Part shown: piece after piece, positions 9,185 to 17,755 of the stretch | Layout of the letters: each line of letters begins with the position of its first letter | Numbering within the stretch: position 1 is the stretch's first letter | Virus record (IMG/VR): IMGVR_UViG_3300014202_000478 | Location: 1-27,463 of that record | Direction: 5' to 3' (one strand) | DNA length: 27,463 nt | From: a virus | Program-made: the position numbers and the translations under genes | Notes under the pieces: generated by a model | Told to the model about the DNA's origin: nothing | The model's input: the letters and a program-made list of their open reading frames with translations, nothing else | Databases searched by the model: none

Positions 9185-9714
9185 ATTTCGTAGAAGAAAC
9201 AGATACAAGATTTTATATCAAAGAATCCACGCTGCCCAACGCTGGCTATGGTTGTTTTACCAACACCTCCCTCAAAGCTGGAGATTGGCTTGAAGTTATT
9301 GGCGTCTATGTCAAGACGGGTGGCTTGGCTGACGAATGCACCCACTACGCCAAGCGATACAAGTTCGCTGGAAGTCCTAAGAAGAACGCCAAGATCGTTC
9401 CTATGGGCTTTGGTGGCATTGTAAACCACAGCGATGACCCCTGGCTACAAAACTGTAGGCTGGAGTATGTAGCTGGTCTGAACAAGCGTAATGAGCATTC
9501 TGGACAAGTGATCTATCGCTTTACCAGAGATATCCTCGTCAATGAAGAGTTGATTGGTAACTACGGCCCCGATATCGGGGAAGAAATTAAGAAAATGAAC
9601 ACAAATGTTAATTTCCTCGACAGCAATATCGAGGAAATTAACCGATTCCTGAAGTTTGACCTTTATGATACAAATAGTATTGTTGACAAATTGCGCAAAA
9701 TTGGTATAAAGTAA
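9181..9714 (+). CDS. SET-domain protein (lysine methyltransferase-like)
   Basis: IKESTLPNAGYGCF, NHSDDP..N, RDILVNEELIGNYG (SET motifs GxGxF, NHS, ExLxxxY). Confidence 0.85.
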   Translation: MNFVEETDTRFYIKESTLPNAGYGCFTNTSLKAGDWLEVIGVYVKTGGLADECTHYAKRYKFAGSPKKNAKIVPMGFGGIVNHSDDPWLQNCRLEYVAGLNKRNEHSGQVIYRFTRDILVNEELIGNYGPDIGEEIKKMNTNVNFLDSNIEEINRFLKFDLYDTNSIVDKLRKIGIK

Positions 9715-9719
9715 CTTTC

Positions 9720-9809
9720 ATGTTCGCAGACACAATTATCTATGCCTTGTTTTTCTTCTTCGCCTATAAGATGGTTAACAAGGAACCTAAAAATCAATGT
9801 CGTCCTTGA
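9720..9809 (+). CDS. Putative 29-aa hydrophobic peptide
   Basis: MFADTIIYALFFFFAYKMVNKEPKNQCRP, downstream of TTGACA(9683)-N16-TATAAA(9705). Confidence 0.35.
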   Translation: MFADTIIYALFFFFAYKMVNKEPKNQCRP

Positions 9810-11211
9810 TTACCACTTCATGCTTTTCCTTCTTCAAAACCTTGATTCTTTGGTGCGAGTGGTCATCCAAATAAGGGTTGATTTCAAAGATAAAGTCATA
9901 GTAATTCAATATTTCCTTGTCAGCCGCCGTTCTCAAACCACGACCCATTCTCTGAATAATGTCATGCTCTGCCTTACCGCCAGCCGCATTAATCATGTTG
10001 TGGACGAAGAAGTTGATGCCAACGCTGAAAATACCCTGCGTAGCAATGGCCACAACGTTATCTTTAGCCTTCTGTAACTGTTCAATAACCTGCTCTCTTG
10101 TCTCCGTTGTATCCTTGCCATAAACCCACAGAGAGTTCGGAATCAAACGATTTAGAATATCCCCGTGAATAACCCTTTCTACCAAGATTAGTGTTCTGCC
10201 CTTGAGACTCTTCGCTAGCTTTTCCACCATATGATGGAAAGTCCAGTTATTGGCGATGCCATTCGTCACCGCGTCAATGTAGATATCATACGGAAGTTTA
10301 GGCTCAGTTACCTTGTAGAAAGTGCAGCGTGAGTCTGATACGGTGCCACGATCTTGTAAAAAGTTGGTAGTCAGGATGCCAGACTCAGTTATCTTTTTGT
10401 CAATTTTAAGGACTGGCCCAAAGTAACCCTTAACCGTGTATATTTGCACATCGTCTTTGCCACCATGCTTAAACGGAGTTGCGGACACCGCAAGACGGAT
10501 GGATGCACCTTTACATTTCTTGAAGGTAGCAATGCCTGTATCATTGCTCAACATGTGGATTTCGTCAGCAATAACCACTTGGAACTTAGGTAGCAACTTT
10601 TCTAAATGGTGGGCAGATTGCACGGTGGAGCATGTAATAATGTCTGGTTCATGATACTCGCCGTAGAAGCGACCTACGTTCTTTAGCCCCCACTGCTTCA
10701 TTCTGTTATAGTTTTGTGTAATCAATGACTTCCTGTTTGCCAGGAAAAGAATAGGGGTTTTGGGTGGCAAAGCCTTCATAATGGCAATCATTATTTCGGT
10801 TTTACCTGCACTGGTTGGAGCCTGGATGATACCTCTGCCGTGTTTAATCGACTTATTTACCAAATCTACCTGATAGTCATATAAGGTGATTGGGTTGTCT
10901 TTGCTGTTTAGGAAATTTTCATCTATGGACTCGTAAAGAAACTTCGTTATCTCCCGATCATCAACAACAGTGAAGGGAATGTTAAAATGATTAAGAACAA
11001 GACGTACTTCTGGCAATAGACCCGTCAGGAAACGACCTGTTTTCTTGTTGAAGAAGTCAATAAATCCATCCCAAATGCCTTGTTTGTAGGCGCGGGTGTG
11101 GAAGTATCCTTCTTTGCGGAAACGGAGTTTGGTCCAGAGAAGGGTTCTCACGTTTTGGTCGGTGGTGACGACGTAGCTGTAATCGTTATTAATTTTTAGT
11201 GTCGTGTCCAT
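9787..11211 (-). CDS. SF2 DNA helicase, UvsW-like
   Basis: LYDYQ, APTSAGKT, ADEIH, SATP, QRMGRGLR. Confidence 0.9.
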   Translation of the reverse strand: MDTTLKINNDYSYVVTTDQNVRTLLWTKLRFRKEGYFHTRAYKQGIWDGFIDFFNKKTGRFLTGLLPEVRLVLNHFNIPFTVVDDREITKFLYESIDENFLNSKDNPITLYDYQVDLVNKSIKHGRGIIQAPTSAGKTEIMIAIMKALPPKTPILFLANRKSLITQNYNRMKQWGLKNVGRFYGEYHEPDIITCSTVQSAHHLEKLLPKFQVVIADEIHMLSNDTGIATFKKCKGASIRLAVSATPFKHGGKDDVQIYTVKGYFGPVLKIDKKITESGILTTNFLQDRGTVSDSRCTFYKVTEPKLPYDIYIDAVTNGIANNWTFHHMVEKLAKSLKGRTLILVERVIHGDILNRLIPNSLWVYGKDTTETREQVIEQLQKAKDNVVAIATQGIFSVGINFFVHNMINAAGGKAEHDIIQRMGRGLRTAADKEILNYYDFIFEINPYLDDHSHQRIKVLKKEKHEVVIKDDIDF

Positions 11212-11218
11212 GAAGCTG

Positions 11219-11247
11219 ATTGTAGCAAATATGCAATTTATTGTCTA
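11219..11247 (-). promoter_or_regulatory. Sigma70-type promoter TAGACA-N17-TACAAT (leaderless helicase mRNA)
   Basis: -10 ends 7 nt before the ATG at 11211; no SD. Confidence 0.65.
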
Positions 11248-11289
11248 CTTGTATCTATCAAGATATTAATAAGAATACTAACTAATTGT

Positions 11290-12036
11290 ATGTTCCTAGA
11301 ATTTGTCAATCGTAAAAGAGCCAAGAAATTCAACGAAGATTTGATCCGTGCAACGGAAGGTAAGTCTGATTTGATGCAAATTGGCACAGAAAAGGACGAA
11401 CAGATATTCAAAGTTGTCATCAACCCAAAAGCGAAACAAACGATCTGTTTTATCGCAGGGATACACGGAAATGAACAGGCTGGACCTTACGGAGTGTTGT
11501 CGTTCCTAGAGAGTGGATATCAAGTTCCTAGTCACAAGCGGGTTATCATTATTCCGTTAGCCAATCCGATTGGATTTCAAAAGGATAAAAGAGAAAATGC
11601 CGATAATGAAGACATTAATCGGCATTTTCTCGACAAGGAACTAAAAGGTGAGTGCAAAATTCTATGGGATGCTCTCAAACAAGAAAATATAGATTTGCTC
11701 CATACGCTTCATGAAGACCCTTCTACAGATAAGTTCTATTTGTATTACACTCACCATAAAAAACTTGCCGAGGACTTAAGAGAGCTAGCTAAAAAATATT
11801 TCGATATTCAAGAAAAAGGTGAGGCTTTGTCTAAAGACGAAAAACAGGGGCAGGGAGATAAAGTCCATAATGGTTTAGTCCCACTGCCCCATGTAGTTCG
11901 AGGCTGTCTCGAAGACAAAGCAATTATCGAACGAGCCATACCGTATATTACTACGGAAAGTCCTGGCAAGGTTGATCTTAAAAAGAGAATCGCTTACAAC
12001 AAAGACGCTATTAAAATGTCAATTAATTCATTTTAA
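11290..12036 (+). CDS. M14-family zinc carboxypeptidase / succinylglutamate desuccinylase-like
   Basis: AGIHGNE, NPIG, RENADNEDINRHF, LHED, TTES. Confidence 0.85.
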   Translation: MFLEFVNRKRAKKFNEDLIRATEGKSDLMQIGTEKDEQIFKVVINPKAKQTICFIAGIHGNEQAGPYGVLSFLESGYQVPSHKRVIIIPLANPIGFQKDKRENADNEDINRHFLDKELKGECKILWDALKQENIDLLHTLHEDPSTDKFYLYYTHHKKLAEDLRELAKKYFDIQEKGEALSKDEKQGQGDKVHNGLVPLPHVVRGCLEDKAIIERAIPYITTESPGKVDLKKRIAYNKDAIKMSINSF

Positions 12037-13016
12037 CAAGGCGTTGACACTGGCTTAGTCTTCTCATAGATAATATGAGCAAACTCTGGAATTAAAAAGC
12101 TACCGTCTTTCCTACTGGAAATTAATCCTTGTTTCATTTCATAATTCTTTTGAGTTTGCAACTGCTTATATGCAACCAAAGAAATATGAGAAGGATAGTT
12201 TTCAGGGAAACGAGTATCTGGCTCATGTTCAAATAGGCTAGTAAGCCAGCCGCTTACATAATACTGGTGGCCAGACCCACATTGATCGAGCTTGAACATA
12301 TTCCTCCACAAGTCAGGATCATTGAAAGAAAGACAAATCCTTTCTATTGTGTCTTGAACGCGAGCCATGTAATCCTGATGCTTTGTAAACATCGGTGTAA
12401 TCTTACGCCAACTGTCTACTAATTTGGTCCAATCGCTCAAATCACCACGAACGTCAATGGCTGGGAAGCCACAGCAGTACATACAGTAATTGTAATATGG
12501 CGACACCATATCAGCAAATGCAGCATAACGTGCAAAAATCGACCGCTGGTTAGACGTAGAAAATTCAGGCAAGAATGCCTTAATCTCAGATGGAATCTTC
12601 TTCTCCAAAGCTGCCATTAGAGTGTCCAATGGCATTACTGTCAATGATGGAGAGTAAACAGTGATAGTTTCCTTTTCCTGGGATGTAGTGAATAAATCCC
12701 TGTAGGTATCAACGTGAGTAGCTACAATGCTTGTTAGCTCACACTGAAGAGTATACCAGATGATATCGGGATTGATAACAATGCCCCAATGAGAATCCCA
12801 CGCCGCCAACAGGTAGTCAATGTAGTTCTTATGAGAATACTCGCCAGTTATGTTGTCTTCAACATAAAATAGCTCTTGAACCTTTAGTCTTTTGCTATAG
12901 TTCTTCGGGTCGGGATATTCCGTCTTGGCATTAGACAATTTTTCAATTAGTTCATTTTTTGGATGCGGCTTGTAGTATTTTGATTCTTCTAGTTTTTCAT
13001 TCAGTGTGATAATCAT
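12033..13016 (-). CDS. DUF4419-like protein
   Basis: PDIIW, FSTS, CGFPAIDVRGDLSDW, GSG..YVSGW. Confidence 0.65.
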   Translation of the reverse strand: MIITLNEKLEESKYYKPHPKNELIEKLSNAKTEYPDPKNYSKRLKVQELFYVEDNITGEYSHKNYIDYLLAAWDSHWGIVINPDIIWYTLQCELTSIVATHVDTYRDLFTTSQEKETITVYSPSLTVMPLDTLMAALEKKIPSEIKAFLPEFSTSNQRSIFARYAAFADMVSPYYNYCMYCCGFPAIDVRGDLSDWTKLVDSWRKITPMFTKHQDYMARVQDTIERICLSFNDPDLWRNMFKLDQCGSGHQYYVSGWLTSLFEHEPDTRFPENYPSHISLVAYKQLQTQKNYEMKQGLISSRKDGSFLIPEFAHIIYEKTKPVSTPC

Positions 13017-13621
13017 TAGTGCCTCGGATACTTTCTTCTCAATAATCTAACTACATTCATTGCGTCTTCTAATGCAGTATGCTGGTTTTTCATTTCCAGG
13101 TTTGCTCGCTTCATGCAAACATCTGTGCTGGGCAGAGTGTCGGCGTCCAACTCTGGATCGAAATACAGCATTGCTGGGTCTAATATACGGTGATTGAACT
13201 TAACAAGCAAGTTGTGATGTGGTAATTTTTCCAAAAACTTACTGTCAAAGTTACCAAAATTCTTACCCGCGACATTGATCTTGATGATACCGAGATTGTT
13301 ACGCCCAAGTGGGTCTTTGGGGTTGGGATACCCAGCTAATGTAGTAAGGAATGTATGCAAACGCGGTAGTAAGTCAGCGGGAGAACACACATTAATGCCG
13401 CTCTTTTGCCAATTGCCTATCTTTTTGAAAATCTCAGCGTGCATCCCTAACGCATAAGGTTCGCCAATATAATGATCTTGCAGAATATAAGTCTGAAAGA
13501 CTGGTAGGCTTTCAATAGGTAATTGACATTTCAAATCGTCAGCAATGGCAGCAAATTCAATAATGTTACAAATATCGTGATTCAGACCAGTGGTTTCTAT
13601 GTCAATAGAGACGTATTTCAT
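13016..13621 (-). CDS. DEDDh 3'-5' exonuclease
   Basis: SIDIETTG, GKNFGNFD, HTALED. Confidence 0.88.
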   Translation of the reverse strand: MKYVSIDIETTGLNHDICNIIEFAAIADDLKCQLPIESLPVFQTYILQDHYIGEPYALGMHAEIFKKIGNWQKSGINVCSPADLLPRLHTFLTTLAGYPNPKDPLGRNNLGIIKINVAGKNFGNFDSKFLEKLPHHNLLVKFNHRILDPAMLYFDPELDADTLPSTDVCMKRANLEMKNQHTALEDAMNVVRLLRRKYPRH

Positions 13622-14004
13622 TTACTTTCTCTTCCTTTATCGGGAGTAGGGTCAGTAACTACACCATAGGTTTCTCTGGCTTCATGCCCTTCTGGTAGAT
13701 ATTCCGTTATTGGCAATCCATCAGGCCGAACAAATAATAGACAATGACAGAACTTGTACTTTTTCATCTCGTCACAAGCACAAACCCAACGCCGACCATT
13801 TTCTTCTAGTTCTTTTTTCTTGTCTGGATAGAAGTTACACGGGCATAAAGGACGGCCCACTTCTTCCATGTTGGCCGATAGACCCAAAACGACAGCTTCG
13901 GTTACACCCTCGTCAGGATGACCGTTAGTGCCAGTCTTAGTGCGATACTTCTCGACGTAATTGTTGATTTTCGCTTTAGTTTCTTCGCTGGGTTCTTTTC
14001 TCAT
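13618..14004 (-). CDS. Ferredoxin-thioredoxin reductase catalytic subunit
   Basis: CPC...CAC...CHCLLF Fe-S/disulfide motifs. Confidence 0.85.
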   Translation of the reverse strand: MRKEPSEETKAKINNYVEKYRTKTGTNGHPDEGVTEAVVLGLSANMEEVGRPLCPCNFYPDKKKELEENGRRWVCACDEMKKYKFCHCLLFVRPDGLPITEYLPEGHEARETYGVVTDPTPDKGRESK

Positions 14005-14035
14005 CACAGAATGATACGGTAATGAAAATTAAAAA

Positions 14036-14554
14036 TCAATAGTGCTTTGCGTTTTCATTGCTAATAACATCTGGTGCAAATTGACCAATAAGCTGCAATG
14101 GCTCATCCAAGTTGTGGATTGGCAAACCAAGCCTTGGCAACCACAATTTTAACATCGGAATTGATAATCCTTCATAAGTGATAATTTCTATTTTACAGTT
14201 ATAACTAACACCTATATTGATTGCACCTTGAGTGTTATTAATTCTTCCTTGGTAGGCTTGGTCCATGTCTTGATAGAATCCACCCTTGACCATCGACCTA
14301 GCGTTGGCCTCTGGCTCTCTAATAACGATGATAAAGGTGATTTCTTCAAACCCAGCAAGCCGCAGATCGTCAGGAATGGATTCTATATTAGGTGGATGAA
14401 TCCAGACAATATCTTTGGCGTCTAGTGGGATTTCACTTATAGATTTGGGCTGATTAGTGCTTCCTTCGCCCCAACAACCAGCACGGACTAGAATTGCACC
14501 AACAAGTCTATTGCCACTACTTGGCGGTCCACAAACGATAAATGCCCTTTTCAT
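14036..14554 (-). CDS. Sulfotransferase-like P-loop protein
   Basis: IVCGPPSSGNRLV (5'-PSB-like loop), IREP...S (3'-PB-like), ITYE. Confidence 0.55.
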   Translation of the reverse strand: MKRAFIVCGPPSSGNRLVGAILVRAGCWGEGSTNQPKSISEIPLDAKDIVWIHPPNIESIPDDLRLAGFEEITFIIVIREPEANARSMVKGGFYQDMDQAYQGRINNTQGAINIGVSYNCKIEIITYEGLSIPMLKLWLPRLGLPIHNLDEPLQLIGQFAPDVISNENAKHY

Positions 14555-14577
14555 ACCTTATATATGAAAAGGGCATT
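14541..14577. repeat. Perfect 15-bp inverted repeat covering the start codon of 14036..14554
   Basis: AATGCCCTTTTCATA-ccttata-TATGAAAAGGGCATT. Confidence 0.9.
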
Positions 14578-14758
14578 AGTATCTTAAACAATGATCGTAT
14601 GTAAAAGTATCAGATAAATAAACATACCTGTCTTTAATTTCTTTTGGTTTTTCACCATATACCCGCTCACGAAAAGACTTGTCCCTTCCGCAAACAGGAC
14701 ACTCCCCTACATGCATTTTATACCAGTGCTTTTTTGCTGGTTTTCTCTTCGTTTTCAT
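14576..14758 (-). CDS. Small basic CxxC protein
   Basis: Start moved to ATG 14758 (SD AGGAGG): MKTKRKPAKKHWYKMHVGECPVCG. Confidence 0.65.
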   Translation of the reverse strand: MKTKRKPAKKHWYKMHVGECPVCGRDKSFRERVYGEKPKEIKDRYVYLSDTFTYDHCLRY

Positions 14759-14945
14759 GTAGCCTCCTGTGGAGATTCTCCAATTCCTTAAGAGGTAGAT
14801 CATCAGCCTCAAACTGGTGTTTTTCCGCTAAATGTCTCTTTATGTCATCGGGAGTTAATGGGTGTGATGTTAAGTTCTTCAATGTCCATTCTGGCAACCT
14901 GCCAGGAATCCATGTTTTAATTCACAGAAAATCAATCTCTTCCAT
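14718..14945 (-). CDS. 75-codon gene with in-frame TGA at codon 8 (recoded or pseudogene)
   Basis: SD AAGGAG and TAATG coupling to the sirtuin stop. MEEIDFL*IKTWIPGRLPEWTLKNLTSHPLTPDDIKRHLAEKHQFEADDLPLKELENLHRRLHENEEKTSKKALV. Fills an otherwise empty gap. Confidence 0.55.
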
Positions 14946-15679
14946 TATGCTCCTTTTAACAACTGTTCCGCTAGCTTTGGCAATTCATCACCCGCCTTGC
15001 CAGTCAAGAGTGTATAATCCGCGATTCTCTTCGGATTTGGGTCAATGATATACTTGTTCTTGACCTGTGCGAAGAGTGGGATTAGTGCTGCGGCAGGATA
15101 GACCTGTGCCGATGTGCCCACACAAATGAAGACGCCATCGTTGTATTTAACTTCTTTAACCAACTCGCGGACCTGTTCAAAGTTAAATAGAACAGGTTCA
15201 TCGAACCAAACTACGTCAGGCCGCATCTGACCACCGCACATAATGCATTTGTCGCCTAGCTTTACCGCTTCTTTATGTTCTTCGGCAAATAGACAAGTGT
15301 ATCTGGTGTCACCGTCTAACATACAACAGCTTTTATGCCATTCACACTTGCGTAAGTTAATGCTGCCGTGCATATGCCTTACAAGGGCACAGCCTGCTCG
15401 CTCAAGCAAATCGTCAATGTTCTGTGTAATATTGACGACATTAAATTTGTCTTGGAGCTTGGCGATAGCCTTGTGTGCGGCGTTAGGCTCACACTTCTTG
15501 CATCCTTCGAAGCGTTGGCGGTAGAACTCAATGACTAGCTCTTTGTTTTTGGCCCAACCGCTAGGGTGTGCTACATCTTCGACCTTATGGTTTTCCCATA
15601 GGCCATTGGAATCCCTGAACGTTGGGACGCCAGATTCGGCAGATAATCCTGCCCCTGAAAAAACTACGATTGTTCTCAT
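14945..15679 (-). CDS. cobB: Sir2/CobB-family NAD-dependent deacylase
   Basis: GAGLSAESGVPTFR, TQNIDDL, HMHG, Zn-binding cysteines, MRPDVVWF, GTS. Confidence 0.92.
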   Translation of the reverse strand: MRTIVVFSGAGLSAESGVPTFRDSNGLWENHKVEDVAHPSGWAKNKELVIEFYRQRFEGCKKCEPNAAHKAIAKLQDKFNVVNITQNIDDLLERAGCALVRHMHGSINLRKCEWHKSCCMLDGDTRYTCLFAEEHKEAVKLGDKCIMCGGQMRPDVVWFDEPVLFNFEQVRELVKEVKYNDGVFICVGTSAQVYPAAALIPLFAQVKNKYIIDPNPKRIADYTLLTGKAGDELPKLAEQLLKGA

Positions 15680-15685
15680 GGTATA

Positions 15686-16282
15686 TTAGAGTGGGTTTGT
15701 TAGGGTTTTCTTAACGTCAGGATGCAGAAGTAAGTCTAGTTCTTTTTGATCTTTGGATTGAAGGGCGTTTCTCACTCTTGTTGAACTAAAACCATCTCTT
15801 GGTGTTGCCACCCATTGAAAACCGCCTTGATTAGCGATCCCTGGATACTTTTCTAGGCTGCAATTGTCTTCTCCACATACAAACATAACGTTGATATCAG
15901 GGTGCATTTGTCTTATTTTGCTAACAACTTCACTTTTATTGCGCGGTGAATTTTGTCTTGATTCCCAATCGAAAACTTTAATCCAATCCATTCCAGCATT
16001 ATTGATTGCCTGATTAATCATCCCGATACGTTGGTCTATATTGAAGAAAGGTTCCCCAGGCCGTAATTTGCTCTTAACATATTCGTCATGTTTAGGGCTA
16101 ATATAGCCGCCAACTATTTCATGTCCCTGTGATTCTAAATATTCTCTCGCCTGCCTAAACATGTCTAAATGTCCACGGTGGATTGGAGCAAAAGCACCAG
16201 TAGCTAGAAGAACCGCTTTTCCTGGCTCATTCGCCTCACATATGTCCTCTAAGAGACGTTTAAATACATAAAACCTAAACAT
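15686..16282 (-). CDS. NMNAT/NadD-like HxGH nucleotidyltransferase
   Basis: GAFAPIHRGH, GGYISPKHDEYV, WES, CGED, SSTRVR. Confidence 0.8.
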   Translation of the reverse strand: MFRFYVFKRLLEDICEANEPGKAVLLATGAFAPIHRGHLDMFRQAREYLESQGHEIVGGYISPKHDEYVKSKLRPGEPFFNIDQRIGMINQAINNAGMDWIKVFDWESRQNSPRNKSEVVSKIRQMHPDINVMFVCGEDNCSLEKYPGIANQGGFQWVATPRDGFSSTRVRNALQSKDQKELDLLLHPDVKKTLTNPL

Positions 16283-16293
16283 GGAATTATATA

Positions 16294-16560
16294 TTACTTC
16301 AATATCATTATTATAGAAAGAACTAATGACGCCAAAGAAGCTAGTGTGGACATGACAGTAAGAACGGTTATGACCTTGGTGAAATAAGCGAGGTCATAAG
16401 TGTATTTGAGCATTTTCTCGTTTAGTTTTTCATTCTCTCTTCGCACTAACTCTTCGCAGAAAAAGACTGGCCCTAGATTCGCAGACTCAGCCAGCTTGTT
16501 GAACTCTTCAATAAGCTCCTCATCAGACAGTTGTTTTAGTCTGTAATAGTCGTGCGGCAT
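16294..16560 (-). CDS. Small membrane protein
   Basis: C-terminal hydrophobic helix. Confidence 0.65.
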   Translation of the reverse strand: MPHDYYRLKQLSDEELIEEFNKLAESANLGPVFFCEELVRRENEKLNEKMLKYTYDLAYFTKVITVLTVMSTLASLASLVLSIIMILK

Positions 16561-16563
16561 CAA

Positions 16564-16734
16564 TTAGTTATGCAGGCGAAGATAATTGCAGCTTGGGCAA
16601 AATTTTCCATTTCTATAAGAAGGATGCTGAGCCAAACCTGTAAAGCAACGTGGACATTTATTGATTGACCAGATGAAGAACCACATTATTAATACAAATA
16701 CAATTACTGCTAAACACAGCAATACTGCGTACAT
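16564..16734 (-). CDS. Small membrane-anchored zinc-ribbon protein (56 aa)
   Basis: Manual translation: MYAVLLCLAVIVFVLIMWFFIWSINKCPRC...CPSCNYLRLHN. Confidence 0.65.
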   Translation of the reverse strand: MYAVLLCLAVIVFVLIMWFFIWSINKCPRCFTGLAQHPSYRNGKFCPSCNYLRLHN

Positions 16735-16735
16735 A

Positions 16736-16936
16736 TTAGTCCTTTGGCCAAACCCCTGATATATAACTACCTAATAACAACACAAATACAATTGCGGCAA
16801 TAGCTCCTGCGGCAGTGCCGTACCAAGCTGATTTTAACGAAATGTTAGAATGTGGATAGACAAATATCATCCAAAATAACCACAATGTAGATGCAAAAGT
16901 GCTAACGAACGAAAAAGTGAATTTTATAGTTTCCAT
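16736..16936 (-). CDS. Small membrane protein
   Basis: Two hydrophobic segments. Confidence 0.6.
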   Translation of the reverse strand: METIKFTFSFVSTFASTLWLFWMIFVYPHSNISLKSAWYGTAAGAIAAIVFVLLLGSYISGVWPKD

Positions 16937-16945
16937 TGGGTTCTT

Positions 16946-17104
16946 TCATTGAAATTTATCTAACTTTTTAAATTGTATTGCATCCGAAAAGTGTGTCCAA
17001 TAAGTCATGTTGTTGGCTTTTGGATTATTTATCTGCCACATAATAGATGTTAGGCTGACAAATATTAAAGCACAGGCTAAAAATGCTAAAAGCAGTTTTT
17101 TCAT
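16946..17104 (-). CDS. Small membrane/secreted protein (52 aa)
   Basis: Manual translation: MKKLLLAFLACALIFVSLTSIMWQINNPK...; SD AGGTG. Confidence 0.6.
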   Translation of the reverse strand: MKKLLLAFLACALIFVSLTSIMWQINNPKANNMTYWTHFSDAIQFKKLDKFQ

Positions 17105-17117
17105 ATTGCACCTGTAG

Positions 17118-17200
17118 TAGCCGAGGCGGGATTCGAACCCGCAAGCCCTAACGGGCGAGGGATTTTAAGTCCCTTGTGTATACCGTTCCACCACTCGGCC
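17118..17200 (-). tRNA. tRNA-Leu (TAA)
   Basis: GGCCGAG/CTCGGCT acceptor stem, AGGGA-CTTAAAA-TCCCT anticodon arm, long variable arm, GCGGG-TTCGAAT-CCCGC T arm. CCA not encoded. Confidence 0.95.
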
Positions 17201-17201
17201 A

Positions 17202-17462
17202 TTACTTTCCATAATTCAAACCAAATTCAAATGCCAGTCTCGACAAGTTACGAAACGCTGGATTTTCACGATCCGCCTTAGTCAGTCGTTTGTGCCGAAC
17301 CGCAAACCATTCATCAAACACCTTATCAATTTCATCTTCTGATAGTCTTGTTTCCAATTCCATAATACGCCTGTGAGCCGCACAATACCCTACTTCACCC
17401 CGATTCATTTCAGGGTCGGATGCCATGTTATACCTGATTCTCTCACATGCTTCACAAGGCAT
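17202..17462 (-). CDS. Hypothetical protein
   Basis: SD GGAG; N-terminal CxxC and a later CxxH. Confidence 0.7.
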   Translation of the reverse strand: MPCEACERIRYNMASDPEMNRGEVGYCAAHRRIMELETRLSEDEIDKVFDEWFAVRHKRLTKADRENPAFRNLSRLAFEFGLNYGK

Positions 17463-17473
17463 AACTCACTCCA

Positions 17474-17755
17474 TTATTTTTTAACTGGCATAGTTCCATA
17501 AACGTCACCGTTCTGCTTGATCTTTTCGTCTTCATAAGGCGCAGCAATACGTCGGTAGTATTCCTGCTTTACACATTCCAGAACGCCAATCACTTCATTC
17601 AGGTTAGCATAGTTCTTGCCTTTCACCTGAATGTAGGTGTCAACAATTCTGCTAATCAGGTAATTAAGTTCTCCTGCATCGGATGGCATTGTCTGGACGA
17701 GTTGATGCAGGAGATTTTCAAAGCGATTTCGGTTGGCTAATTTGATGTATGGCAT
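17474..17755 (-). CDS. Conserved phage protein (DUF6899-like)
   Basis: MPYIK...GELNY...[25 protein letters not shown]. Confidence 0.7.
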   Translation of the reverse strand: MPYIKLANRNRFENLLHQLVQTMPSDAGELNYLISRIVDTYIQVKGKNYANLNEVIGVLECVKQEYYRRIAAPYEDEKIKQNGDVYGTMPVKK

